From Tubiluchus corallicola (lineage: Eukaryota; Animalia; Priapulida): a stretch of DNA of 64,000 bases. Shown piece by piece: positions 44,501 through 61,737 of the stretch. Every line of letters begins with the position of its first letter. Position 1 is the first letter of the stretch. Where the stretch lies: positions 1-64,000 of the forward strand of contig JAQGDQ010000855.1 of NCBI GenBank assembly GCA_030141605.1, in the 5' to 3' direction. The notes below the pieces were generated by a model. The model saw only the letters and a program-made list of their open reading frames with translations. It made no database searches and had not been told where the DNA came from. The translations under genes and the position numbers were made by a program.

Positions 44501-47500
44501 CTTGAATTACACAAAGTAGTCCCAAATTATATACTACAACAATGTAGCATATCAGGTAAACTACATTTGTAGTGCAAATATCTTGGTTTAATTCTTTAAT
44601 AAAACCTAATTTCTTTACCCTAATAAAACCATGTTGTAGCCTTGGCTTATAGTAATTTGAATTACCCAATGTAGTTCCCAATGCAGAGCTGACAACAGTG
44701 CAGCATATCATACAGTACAATAATATAAGTACATCAGTGCTAAATTTTATGTACTTCTGCTAATAACAATTGATTCAGATGAAGAACATAAATCATTAAA
44801 AGTATTTATAAATGTTTAAAAGCCACATCACGGTATTTCCAGACGCGTAAGAATAAATTCTATTGGTACACAATTGTATGTTGATTTGTAAAATGTGTCT
44901 AATCTTCATTACATAGTGTAGGAAAAGGAAGAAATTCTAAAATATACCTAGGAAGCAACAGATTAAATGAGCCAACCCAGGAACGTTGGGTATGTTCTAC
45001 TTAACTATTATCGACTTTGCACGTTTTAAACATTATAACATTCATTTTACTGTATGGAGCATGTGTCATGACATTATTTCTTTAACTCTCACTCTTTTTA
45101 GGTGTACTATTACAAGATACATCCTAAGTATAGGAGAATAGGAAATGCAACCCATCTATATAAGCCTGCTATCGACTTAGCTCTTGTACGAATGGATCGT
45201 CGCGTTGAATTTGATGACAATATTCAGCCCGCTAGACTAGCACGCTGTCGCTATCTTGACTATCTAAATCAACCAGTTGATATAGCAGGATTTGGCGCTA
45301 CCAAACTTAGTATGTCATAGGCATATTATTAACTGATATTAATTCTTCGTTAACGATATTAATTAATGATCCATATCCAGCACCCCCCTCGGCCCGTTCC
45401 CGTTCTCTACATCTCAGCCGTATAACTTTTGCAAAAAACGGCCGAAAAATGGCCATTTTTGGAGGTTTTTTGCCCCCCTTCCTCCCGGTGGGCCCGATTC
45501 GAAAAATAAACCCCCAATGAGACGACACTAGATCGACACCTTTCGGTTGATGTCTAGATCGCCGCAAATGGTGCCGTCGTCGAAGCTGTAGCCTCGAATC
45601 TTATATGTATATAAATATATTAAGCCCATACCAAGAATATTAATATAATAGATGCAGTAGATTTTGACCATCGGAACTTAAATACATTTATTTACATAGA
45701 TTTTTTCTTGTTGCTTTTGCTTTTACTTTAAATTTACATGGAAGCCATTAACATAATTATTTTACAATTTTTTACCTCCTTTAGGACCACAAGAGTTTGC
45801 TGCATTTTCCTTGGTTCCATAAAAAACTGCTCTCACTAAGCAACGATTACATTATGTTTGACAAATTTTATAGATTTCCAATTTTCACACAATAGGCTTT
45901 CAAGTAAAATTATATATGAAATCCTTATGCTTGCCTTTCTCCTGGAATAAAGGAGTAAGTACTCTGCGCAAATTGGGCTGCAGCAAGCTGACAATCAATA
46001 AATTTGCGTACACGATCACGAAAGTGCAAGCCAGACTAAGCTACTCGATAGGCCAAGCTGGAGCACCTCAAAAGAGCGCGCCCTTCTTAGTTTTAGCCAA
46101 TCAACTCTCGTATAAATGCTTAAACAAATAGCTTGATTGGATACCAGAGATTCTTCTGAATAGACACCGTGCCTAATTTGTAATCAATTAGTTATGTTTG
46201 TGCTCACAGAGTGGCAGAAAAATCACAGGTCCTATAAGATCTATTTTGCGGTCGTGAGGCAATTAAAGGTGACTGGGTCGTACACTGTCTTGAGTGTGAT
46301 GACCAGGTCATGTGGATCCAAAAGATATAAAACACAGAATAGTGTGCCAGTGATCTGGGATCTGATTCCTTCTCTTTCCTTTTTAACGGTTAAGTCAATT
46401 TCACTGCAAAGGAGCAACTTCATTTGTCAGTCTGCTAGATAAACCCACCACCATCCTTGCTCTAGTCCAGGGGTGTGCAAATTGCGGCCCGCGGGCCACT
46501 TGCGGCCCACCGAGAGAGTTTGTGCGGCCCGCGAAGAGATTTGTCAACCTAATGAAAATGCGGCCCGGGCGATTAATTGAGTGTATCCAGCTGAAGTCCG
46601 TGCCACGTCCCAAAGATAGTGCGGGTAGTTTTTTCTACTAGATCGGATGCCATTAACCCTTACAAGACGGTTGTAGCTTAATAACACTGTACTACACAGA
46701 CTGTGTGATACACATTATTAATCTGCATTGTAATGAAATTACCACTATCTGTCCTGAAAGTAGAAATATATGGTTTGTATATAAATTTTAATAACTTCTA
46801 AAATAGTTTCTTAAGTGTAGTAGTGCAGTAGCAATGATGTACGCAGGTCGGATGCAAAAGAATCATTACTTGGCCTTTCTGTACTTGGCTCCTTGATCAA
46901 ACTGCCTGTGGCCCACAGGAATTACGGGAAAGTTTCATGTGGCCCGGCTACTCAGATAATTTGCACACCCCTGCTCTAGTCGAAACTCCATTGGCTAATA
47001 TTGTAATATCAAATACAATTTAATCGATATTGTAAGCGACATAGCCGAAATAGTGAAACTGTTTTACAATACTGATACTTGAATAATCATTCAGTAATTT
47101 AGCAAACAATTCACATCGTTTTGTGATTCTATAGTTGTCTACAAGTAAGTCTTATAAATTTGGTTCTTCATTTTAATTGAATGTTATATCTGTCATACAT
47201 TTTATATTTTTAACTATCTGACATGATTTTGTTGTAATCACTTATGTGTGTGACCCTTTAGACTCAAAATTACAGATACCGATATCATTTTAAATTAGAC
47301 AAACTCTTTGCAACTTTGTATGTAATGTGTTATTAATATACTTTATATAAATTGCGTCTACTTGATAAAGTGAGATAAAAAATTTGGGATTAATGGAAAA
47401 TGTTTGTGCTTCTGTTCTGCAGACATTCAGGAAGGACCACTTAGTGAAGACTTGAAAAAATTACGAGCTAGGGTGGTCAAGTCTGGAATACAGTTCAAAA

Positions 47501-50500
47501 ATTATAACAGAACAATCTGGATTATGGCGTACACCCAAGATGGTTCTGCATGCTATGTAAGTGTATGATAGACAGCTTGTGTCGAAAAAAGAATAAAATT
47601 TTCAATTCTATATTCGTGCTCAATGGGAGAGGAAAGTGATTACAAGCTAAGGTAAAATTTCTCTCATTATGTCTACGTGAAAATAAAACATTGCTCTGAT
47701 ACAGTGCCGTTGACGCATTTTGTCATTTGTCTGCAAAAAACGAATATTAAAACAATGAATTAAAATCTGATCAAAGTGCCTTGACTAGAGCTAGGATGAA
47801 AAATGGTGAGTATTGTATTGTCGGTAGGATCGAGTACAGTAAACCGAAATGCAAATCATTAATGCAAAACCGGACCCATTCACAAGCTGCAGGTCAAAAT
47901 AACCTCCTGTTTAAAATGTCAGAGGAAAACATACTCTTTCAAAAAAAAATACGTGAAAGAATTATTACCACGCAAAAACGTTCGCTCCACTAGTTCTTCA
48001 CTGTTACGTACATTTCGCCATTCGCTAGTTAGATGTTTGCATTTCGCAAAGGCGTTGTACAAAGACGGGAACTGTACTTTTCAGTTCAAATGTTTTAGTT
48101 TCTAACAAATTTGAAATTGAAATGTACAACGTACTGAATATCTTTCTGATTAGCACTGCACTTCAATTTTCACTTTCACAAGCACATGCAACACGCACGT
48201 GGAATGTTTGTGCTGTTGAAAATTATGTTAGTTTGTGATGTCATCAATAGTTGGGCTCCCCAGCCGTTAGTTAAGTATTTAATCTATGGTTTTATTGTCA
48301 GAAATGGCTTTACAGAATAAATTGTGTTAAAATGTATACTTTTTATCAGACCTAAAATTGCGTAATAGTTGTAAAATCTTTTAATACGTCTTCTTTTAAT
48401 AACAGATTGGATATCTATATAGTATATATGTTAAGCGTAACTTGCAGTATCGTTTGATACAGTACCGTTTACTATTTCCTTGTATTTCGGGGTGTAGGTC
48501 AGGATAGGAACTATGCGATAATACGTAATGTTTTTTATGTAATACTAACACTAGTCTATTTTCTCATGTTATAATATATACGTATTCGCTATTGCCATTG
48601 TAATACATACACTATGCTATCATACATATTTATATGCAGTCATATATACAAGTAAAATAATTATGTAGTTAAACCAGATAAAATGCAATAACGCTAAAAA
48701 CAAAGTAACAATATAAGTGACATTAAATACTAACATTTCAATATAAAACTAAACACGTATTACAAACAATATCAAACATCAAACAATACGTGCAATTATG
48801 TAATACAATCTCAAATGACACGAAGACATAAAAACATAAACACCAACATAGTTTTGAAAGCAATTACCAATACACATAATGACATCACAATCTAAAAAAA
48901 TCTCACAACATACACAAACATCGCTTTACATTAATAACAATGCAATATACATGTTTACATAACGTTTTGTAAACTAGTTAAACTAGCTTTGATTTAAGAA
49001 AAAAGAAAGTTCAAAGTCTGTTACCTAGACGGCATAATGAAGTCTGCTATGCTACTGACTCAGTTTACTTACTTTGTCTGCTGTGCTACTGACTCAGTTT
49101 ACTTACTTTGTCTGCTATGCTACTGACTCAATTTACTTACTTTGTCTGCTATGCTACTGACTCAATTTACTTACTTTGTCTGCTATGCTACTGACTCAAT
49201 TTACTTACTTTGTCTGCTATCCTACTGACTCAGTTTACTTACTTTGTCTGCTATGCTACTGACTCAGTTTACTTACTTTGTCTGCTATGCTACTGACGCA
49301 GTTTACTTACTTTGTCTGCTATGCTACTGACTCAGTTTACTTACTTTGTCTGCTATGCTACTGACTCAGTTTACTTACTTTGTCTGCTATGCTACTGACT
49401 CAGTTTACCTACTTTGTCTGCTATGCTACTGACTCAGTTTACTTACTTTGTCTGCTATGCTACTGACTCAGTTTACTTACTTTGTCTGCTATGCTACTGA
49501 TTCAGTTTACTTACTTTGTCTGCTATGCTACTGACTCAGTTTATTTACTTTGTCTGCTATGCTACTGACTCAGTTTACTTACTTTGTCTGCTATGCTACT
49601 GACTCAGTTTACTTACTTTGTCTGCTATGCTACTGACTCAGTTTACTTACTTTGTCTGCTATGCTACTGACTCAGTTTACTTACTTTGTCTGCTATGCTA
49701 CTGACTCAGTTTACTTACTTTGTCTGCTATGCTACTGACTCAGTTTACTTACTTTGTCTGCATTGCTACTGACTCAATTTACTTACTTTGTCTGCTATGC
49801 TACTGACTCAATTTACTTACTTTGTCTGCTATCCTACTGACTCAGTTTACTTACTTTGTCTGCTATGCTACTGACTCAGTTTACTTACTTTGTCTGCTAT
49901 GCTACTGACTCAGTTTACTTACTTTGTCTGCTATGCTACTGACTCAGTTTACTTACTTTGTCTGCTATGCTACTGACTCAGTTTACTTACTTTGTCTGCT
50001 ATGCTACTGACTCAGTTTACTTACTTTGTCTGCTATGCTACTGACTCAGTTTACTTACTTTGTCTGCTATGCTACTGACTCAGTTTACTTACTTTGTCTG
50101 CTATGCTACTGACTCAGTTTACTTACTTTGTCTGCTATGCTACTGACTCAGTTTATTTACTTTGTCTGCTATGCTACTGACTCAGTTTACTTACTTTGTC
50201 TGCTATGCTACTGACTCAGTTTACTTACTTTGTCTGCTATGCTACTGACTCAGTTTACTTACTTTGTCTGCTATGCTACTGACTCAGTTTACTTACTTTG
50301 TCTGCTATGCTACTGACTCAGTTTACTTACTTTGTCTGCTATGCTACTGACTCAGTTTACTTACTTTGTCTGCTATGCTACTGACTCAGTTTACTTACTT
50401 TGTCTGCTATGCTACTGACTCAGTTTACTTACTTTGTCTGCTATGCTACTGACTCAGTTTACTTACTTTGTCTGCTATGCTACTGACTCAGTTTACTTAC

Positions 50501-52399
50501 TTTGTCTGCTATGCTACTGACTCAGTTTACTTACTTTGTCTGCTATGCTACTGACTCATTTACTTACTTTGTCTGCTATGCTACTGACTCATTTACTTAC
50601 TTTGTCTGCTATGTACTGACTCAGTTTACTTACTTTGTCTGCTATGCTACTGACTCAGTTTACTTACTTTGTCTGCTATGCTACTGACTCAGTTTACTTA
50701 CTTTGTCTGCTATGCTACTGACTCAGTTTACTTACTTTGTCTGCTATGCTACTGATTCAGTTTACTTACTTTGTCTGCTATGCTACTTACTTTGTCTGCT
50801 ATGCTACTTACTTTGTCTGCGATGCTATTTACTAGCGATGCTAGTCTCCTAGGTTAACCGGTCTGTTATAATTAATGTAACTTTCTTCAATGAAGTTTTA
50901 AAGGTAAAAATGTTAGTTACTTTTTTGTTACAATGCGTAGGTCATTTCACAAACTGATTGTAGATTTCTGGCCATATTTATTGTTAGTATGTATCTGTTT
51001 TAGATTATAGGTTCTTGGGTTCAGCATTGCCTTTGCTGTAGCATTTAGACTTTTGTAAGTAAAGAATAAAGTGTGATTAAATGGCATAAATAAGAGTTTT
51101 ATGAATAAGTATTTGTGTGGTTAGCTTTAACAGTGCTTTTACTTGTTTTAGGAATTAAATGCGACGACCCATTTTTTGACAATATTAATAGCGTGTTTAT
51201 CTCAATTTAATAGCTGCAAGAATGAAGGAGCACGCTACATTGTAGTAATGTAGAGCGCTAATAACACAGCTTACACTGATTAGCCGAGAACTACTAGTAT
51301 ATAGCAAAGTAAAGCTATCAAAGGAATACTTTGAAATGAAGTACTTTGAATTTATGAAAGCTCTTCCTTACAATATGGATGTTAATATTGCTTGCACAGC
51401 TTTGCATATTCTCCTACATTACATGCTTCCTGTTGCTTAACTTTTTTTTTAATATTACAGATGTTACAGATTTTTTTTCTTATATATATATATAAGAAAA
51501 AAAATCTGTAACATCTGTTATATATATATATAATAATCTTTATTTGCCATTAAAATACATTGATAATCACTGATAAAAACTTTACAGAGATGATCAATCA
51601 GTGTTAGTTAATAAAAACTTACACTGCAAAAGGCAAATGCGTCAGTGCAATCTAAACTACTGTGCAGTAATGGAAAGTAACGACGAATAAAATCAAACAT
51701 ATTTACAACTATGCACAAAAAATTAAAAAAAACTATGATTTAATTAATTAATATGGCCGGGAATATACGAATTCTGGATTAGTGTGTATGTTGTCGAACT
51801 GGTGTGATGGTATTTCATATCTGGTTAAAATTAGTGATTTTAATTTTGTTTTAAATGCTGATAGGGACTTGATTTGTTTAACCTGTAATGGTAGAGAATT
51901 CCAAAGTAGAATTGCTTCTTTGATTACAGAGTTCGTTCCATAGTGGGTATTTGTCCTAATTTGTTTTAGACTGCTTTTTCTGGAATTAACGATATGATTT
52001 TGAAAAAAGGTAAATCTGTTATTCTGGAATGGTTTGCTGATGTTGTTAATGTATTTAAATATAAAAAGCAGAGTAAAATATTCTGCTCCTAAATCCACCT
52101 GTTTTAACTTTCAGAGAGATTCTGGTGGTCCAGTAGTGTTTCCATATACGGGAGAAGTAATTGCAGTAATAAATGCGGGTGAAGCTAAATGCACGGGTGC
52201 AACACTTGCTACAAAAGTTGGTCCTTTTCTTGAGTGGATCGAGGAGACACAGGCTAAGGCTGAAGAGTCAAATTATCAACATGTCCGGTCCAGCGCAGCT
52301 TCTTCCTATTACGTTTCAATAATAAAAGTAACAGATAATAGATTTGTGGGTTACTCGTGCTGTTCTTCACTTGTATTAACTGCACTGAATGTTTGGTGA
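41572..52399 (+). CDS. S1A serine protease zymogen SP4 (type B: G193R, fewer disulfides), 352 aa
   Basis: Exons 41572-41740, 41963-42030, 44268-44389, 44917-44989, 45102-45309, 47423-47556, 52115-52399 (1059 nt, in frame). PEPR|IIGG, TAAHG, IDLAL, GFG, ACY|RDSGGP. Confidence 0.9.
42156..42599. mobile_element. MITE with repeated subterminal motifs
   Basis: TIR TATAGGTTTTACA..TCAAATGTAGAC; arrays of TCAAATGT (left) and ACATTTGA (right) units of about 21 bp. Confidence 0.75.
46468..46973. mobile_element. hAT/Charlie-like MITE family H2, copy 2
   Basis: TIR CAGGGGTGTGCAAATT, perfect TSD CTCTAGTC; closely similar to 14945-15444. Confidence 0.9.
49043..50820. repeat. 34-bp minisatellite, about 50 copies, SP4 intron 6
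   Basis: Unit TCTGCTATGCTACTGACTCAGTTTACTTACTTTG, head-to-tail with no spacers. Confidence 0.95.
51520..52075 (-). mobile_element. LINE (CR1/L2-group) 3' fragment in SP4 intron 6
   Basis: Translation ..AILLWNSLPLQVKQIKSLSAFKTKLK..; same 3' UTR motifs as 23410-24040. Confidence 0.75.
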
Positions 52400-53390
52400 T
52401 GTGTTTAACGTAATTCTGGCGTAAAAAATGTAGGCTAATACAAATAACTATTAACAACATCATTGTGAATTTTAATCATTTTTATAGATAGGAAATGTGT
52501 TAAAATGTGTAACAAAAAAGAAATATAAGTTATTGGTTGTGTAGGCTGCACTTGTAATCTTTTCAGTGCATTATTCGTTATAATTGTGGCAACACTCTGA
52601 CAGACCAAATGTAAGCAAATTCATATTAATAAGAGATATTTATTGATAGGAAATTTATTAAGTTCGTACATAACTATTTTTAACACAGCGAAATGTAACA
52701 CTAAACTGTTCTGTTCAATGCACTGAATAAACTTCAGATATCCAAATATACAGCATTTGCTCTTTACTTTGGATAGTTAAATTTTTGTTAAACTTTTAAA
52801 GCTACGCGCGATCTGTGAGACTGGGAACGGCGATTTTTTGTCACATTCGCGTAGCCGATAAATAGGGGCGGTACCGTGATAAGAATGGTCATGAATTGCA
52901 GTGTTCGTCTGTGATATCAGTGTGACGTAGATCTCATTTTCGTGACATCACCTAAACGTGTTATAAGCAGTCTTCGCATACGCAAATGTACTTGACTGTG
53001 GTTAGTTTGTGACGTAAGCAGTAACTGTCCTCGACTGCCTTTCATTAACTTCCCAAGCTAATTATAAAAATATTAGAAACAATTGTTGACCTTTATTTGC
53101 AAGAAAAGTATATTTTGGACGGTAAATTGAAATGAGACTGAGTCTAAACAATCGTCCAGTTTTCCTTTAAGCAATTTTCCTTGTTGTATTCGATCTCTTT
53201 TTAAGATCTCTTTTGCCTCTTGTGGCGCCATTATCATACACGCCATCAGAAATTACCTTCAGGTGAGCCAGAAACATGGATACATCTAAATTACATCACT
53301 AAAAAAATCAGTATAATTTTTTTAAACATTTTTGGATTGTGTTAGTTTGAAGATAATGTTAAGCATTACAATGTTACTATGAGGTATGCT

Positions 53391-53983
53391 CAGGCTGCAT
53401 AAGATTATGGATATCTATAAAATAAGACCAAAAATCCATAAAATAAAATTTGAAAAATCCATAAAATAAGAAATGCATAAAATAAAAAAATATTTTTTTT
53501 TGTGATTTTTTGTACAAAGTAACAATGTTGTAAGCATTGGCAACACTGAAAACGAACGTTAGAAGGAGAGAAAGAGAAAGAAAACAAACCAACAAAAGCG
53601 CATTTCCGGATTTGCTATTTTACATTGTTTTTTTCTCCAGTGTTTTTTTGTTATCAAGATGGCGAAGTTTCAACCAAAGCATGACCTGGAGTTCGGTCTG
53701 AAAACAACGGAGAGAGACCCAGCCATTGTCTCGTAAAATTTGATTAAATTTGAAGTGATATGAAACCGATAAAATTAAAACGAAACCGATAAAATTAAAA
53801 CTAAGTCCTGCGTGTTTAAAAACACGTTTCAAGCACTCCTGTTTTTACTTTTTAATTGATTTCCCCCTGGGCAACTCGTTCCAGATATAGCCTATTATTG
53901 ATATCCATAAAATAAAATTTCAAAAATTCATAAAATAAGCTATTTTATTTATTTTATACATATCCATAATCTTATGCACCCTG
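53391..53983. mobile_element. hAT-type MITE just downstream of the LRR gene stop codon
   Basis: ~24-bp TIR CAGG(C/G)TGCATAAGATTATGGATAT, TSD GGTATG(C/T)T. Confidence 0.88.
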
Positions 53984-54030
53984 GGTATGTTTCACTGCTA
54001 CTATTGTAGTCGTACTTCTACCAAATTGTA

Positions 54031-57504
<3,474 letters not shown>

Positions 57505-57801
57505 TCTCCTGTTTGAGCAAAATTCTAAACTTCACTTAAAATAATCCCAGCGACTACATCGTGTATAAACTTAGGCTAGGATACAGTCATTGCCATTACT
57601 GTTACTGCTATTATCACTAGTTTTCTTCCGTATAGGCCTACAAAAAAGTCTTTAGATCAACAATATATTCTATACACTAGTGATAACATTATGACGTATG
57701 ACGTTACTCAAACAAGCAGATCCAAACTCATTCGAATGTTTATGGCAACACTAGGCCCTATAAAGTAAGGAGTCACAATGTTGGACAGAACATGATAGCT
57801 A

Positions 57802-58026
<225 letters not shown>

Positions 58027-58169
58027 TCATGGCCCTGAAGTATTCAGCCAAGTCACACATGAATGTGTTCAGCGACGTTGCATCAAGTAAAGACTGGTGT
58101 TTGTTCCATAACCCTGGAGCTCTCTGCGGTGAAGCAACGGTTTTCATGTTCTTAAACTACTGTATTGCA

Positions 58170-59300
58170 CTTTAAGCCTGTATGTAGGTCCCATAGTTCT
58201 GCCTTCTTTCCAGATTCATATATGCAGTATCCATGCATGATCTTGCAAATTTCAGTCATGTCCCTTCTAAACCACCAGTAAACTAAGCTAGACAATTTAA
58301 GTGTTCCAATTAGGTGGTACGAGGAGTCTATCCTCGTACACGTATTCCTAACTTTACGGTACATCATTTTAGTTACTCTGTGCTGTACACCATTTTAGTT
58401 GCTCTGTGCTGTACATCATTTTAGTTACTCTGTGCTGTGATTGCTCTGTGCTGTACATCATTTTAGTTACTCTGTGCTGTACATCATTTTAGTTACTCTG
58501 TGCTGTACATCATTTTAGTTACTCTGTGCTGTACATCATTTTAGTTACTCTGTGCTGTACATCATTTTAGTTACTCTGTGCTGTACATCATTTTAGTTAC
58601 TCTGTGCTGTACATCATTTTAGTTGCTCTGTGCTGTGATTGCTCTGTGCTGTACATCATTTTAGTTGCTCTGTGCTGTGATTGCTCTGTGCTGTACATCA
58701 TTTTAGTTGCTCTGTGCTGTGATTGCTCTGTGCTGTACATCATTTTAGTTGCTCTGTGCTGTACATCATTTTAGTTGCTCTGTGCTGTACATCATTTTAG
58801 TTACTCTGTGCTGTACATCATTTTAGTTACTCTGTGCTGTACATCATTTTAGTTACTCTGTGCTGTACATCATTTTAGTTGCTCTGTGCTGTACATCATT
58901 TTAGTTACTCTGTGCTGTGATTGCTCTGTGCTGTACATCATTTTGGTTACTCTGTACTGAACATCATTTTAGTTGCTCTGTGCTGTACATCATTTTAGTT
59001 ACTCTGTACTGTACATCATTTTAGTTGCTCTGTGCTGTACATCATTTTAGTTACTCTGTACTGTACATCATTTTAGATACTCTGTGCTGTACATTTTCCA
59101 ATAAGCTAAAGTCTTTCTTATAGAAAGGTGACCGTATTACATTTCCATGCTCCAACACAGGTCAGTGTACACCAGAAAAAACATATCGTTATCCGCATGA
59201 TCGAAAGTGCATTTCATCATCCCCACTACTTTATTTCCTTTGTTACCAACAGTTTCCGCATGATCTTCAAATTTGTTATTGTTAACAATATTGAGTATTT
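58170..59300 (-). mobile_element. Decayed CR1/L2-type LINE ORF2 fragment interrupted by a minisatellite
   Basis: Minus strand reads FEDHAETVGNKGNKVVGMMKCTF...PVLEHGNVIRSPFYKKDFSLLENVQHR..TKM...YEDRL...LSSLVYWWFRRDMTEICKIMHG, matching post-RT LINE motifs. Confidence 0.75.
58358..59095. repeat. 26-bp minisatellite with interspersed partial units
   Basis: Unit GTACATCATTTTAGTT(A/G)CTCTGTGCT. Confidence 0.95.
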
Positions 59301-60861
59301 ATCAAAAAAGCGTACCTACGTAATTATTTAGGTCTAAAAATGAGACCTACTAATATAAGCTAGGATGCTCTCATTGCTGCACTGCACTGCCTGACCTTTA
59401 TCTTCTATGCGCAATATCAGTTTTGATCACAATTTTATAAGGAAATTATGAAAAATAGCGTTTGAGTAGTACCCAGTGATATTACAAATGTTTACGTGTG
59501 TTCTGTAAACAAGAAAGATTTGAAAAATGTATAAGATAAGACGAGACGATGCGACACGAGACGAGATAGGGTAAGATAAGATGCACTTTATTCCAGGTAA
59601 AAACCCACAATATCAACACACATAAAATCAAAAAACACACATATATTACAACCACAGTAATATATACAATAATATATTACAGCCACAGATAAAAAAATTG
59701 GCAAAATACGTGTCTAAAGATATAAATAAAGATGTATACGTCTTCTGTACACAACTGATGTATTGCGAAGTACAAAATGTAACCAATTTTGACAAATTTT
59801 AGATAAAAACATAAAATCAGTGTTAAAAATTTCTACAACTAACGCAACGAACAGCTAAAATATCCACTGTTCCAGACACACTGCATCTGCATATTGAAAA
59901 AACAACCTTTAAAACAAATTTTTGTTTATTCTTACGGGTAAAAAATTATGATAAATACTATTCATAGGCTACAACGACGTAAGCCTGAAAATTACGTGAT
60001 AATTACAATAACCAAATTCTGAAAAAATATGGCTTTTGCCAGATGCTAAAAAAGTTTCAAATTAAAACTAAATTTCACAAATAACTGAACTTCTTCTAGT
60101 TATTAGATGACGTCATATCTATTCTGTGCTAGATAGCGTCATCTCTCGAAAATATTTCAAACTCGTACTAGTTCTGACATCTAACATGTGCACTGTGGCC
60201 GGTTCGAATTACAGTAAACACAACGAATTTGTGCTCTTGTTAACTGTGTTAAGAAACGATGTCTCACTTCATGGTGAGCGACCATGAACTCCCCATCTCT
60301 TTCCATCTGGGAGCCTGAATTTTTAATTTATTACACACATCTCAATCAAAATGTTAGGCATGCTAAACAAAAATAAATAAAGCGTCTTGCAAGATTTGGA
60401 AAATGAAACTACTTTTATTTTTGGTCCGTTAAAGTTTCGTCTTATATTCTCCATGCAGTCTTATTGTGTTCAGGTGGCTCTGTGTTTTGATGTTTATCAA
60501 TGTTCATTTGAATGGTTTACTGGGGCATGTCAGTGAAATGTTCGGCACAATGAATGCCAAGCAGGTTCTAAACCTAGGGGGAGCAATCGCATAAAAGAGC
60601 TGACGTGACCCATACCAAACATTTTTAATGTACCGATTAGGTATTTTGTGCTTAAAATCAAAACAAGAAGAAGATACAGTTTTAAAGGCAGTTTACATCG
60701 AACATAAGACAGCAATGGTGGAGACTATTATTGTAATTTTCATGTCTATCTAAGTTTGTGTGTGATTTGTTTGTATTGGTTTTTTCTTTTTATGATGTTG
60801 TATGTTGTATATATGTAAATTGTAATATGAACTTCTGTTTGAAATAAAGAATTAAATCAAT

Positions 60862-61040
<179 letters not shown>

Positions 61041-61737
61041 CAATTATTCTTTTTGTGGTAAATTTATTGTTCTTGTTTATAAGCTTTTCACAGTTCCAGC
61101 GATTGATGATGGTCATGAAGAGGTCAAAGGTTAAGTGTACAGAAACAACGCATTTGTGTACACTTGACCACGCCTATTGTAATATTAACAGCTTTAACTT
61201 GTTTTAACAGTTAGTCAGAACCCTGCCTAGTTCATTTTTTCTTATTCCCAAGCAAGATCATGATAGTATGATAGTAAGTCCAGGCAAAATAACTGAAGTT
61301 ACTAAATTGATGCGCCAGACGGCTTTGTTTTATCCACATGTCATATGACTGTTGTAGTTAAGCGTGTTGCTGTGGTACACCAAACGTTTGACCTACACCA
61401 ACTGCGTTTGCGCGCAATTTTTAGCAATTTTTATTGCTATAAACCAAAATGTTCTCAAATGCCTGTTCGACGCTTCAGAACAAACAATGCAGATTGAAAC
61501 AATGCAATTGCATTTAATTACCATCCTAGTTTTTTCAAAGTATTTCTAATTCTGATCAAGGTGATCGAATGGACTGAATATTATTCATGAACAAAGAATA
61601 TTAGTGGGAATACGTGGAAATAAAGAAGCTGCAAATACCTGTGTAAATTACAATATGCTTACGCCCAATTTAACCCTCAATTTATGCTTTAAAACCTCCA
61701 TAAACCGATTCTTGTAAAGATTCAGAAGAAAGTTTTA

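Noticed and set aside
49043-50820. 34-bp repeat array as a CRISPR
   Set aside because: Units are contiguous with no unique spacers, there are no cas genes, and the context is a spliceosomal intron. The same applies to the 26-, 41- and 96-bp arrays.
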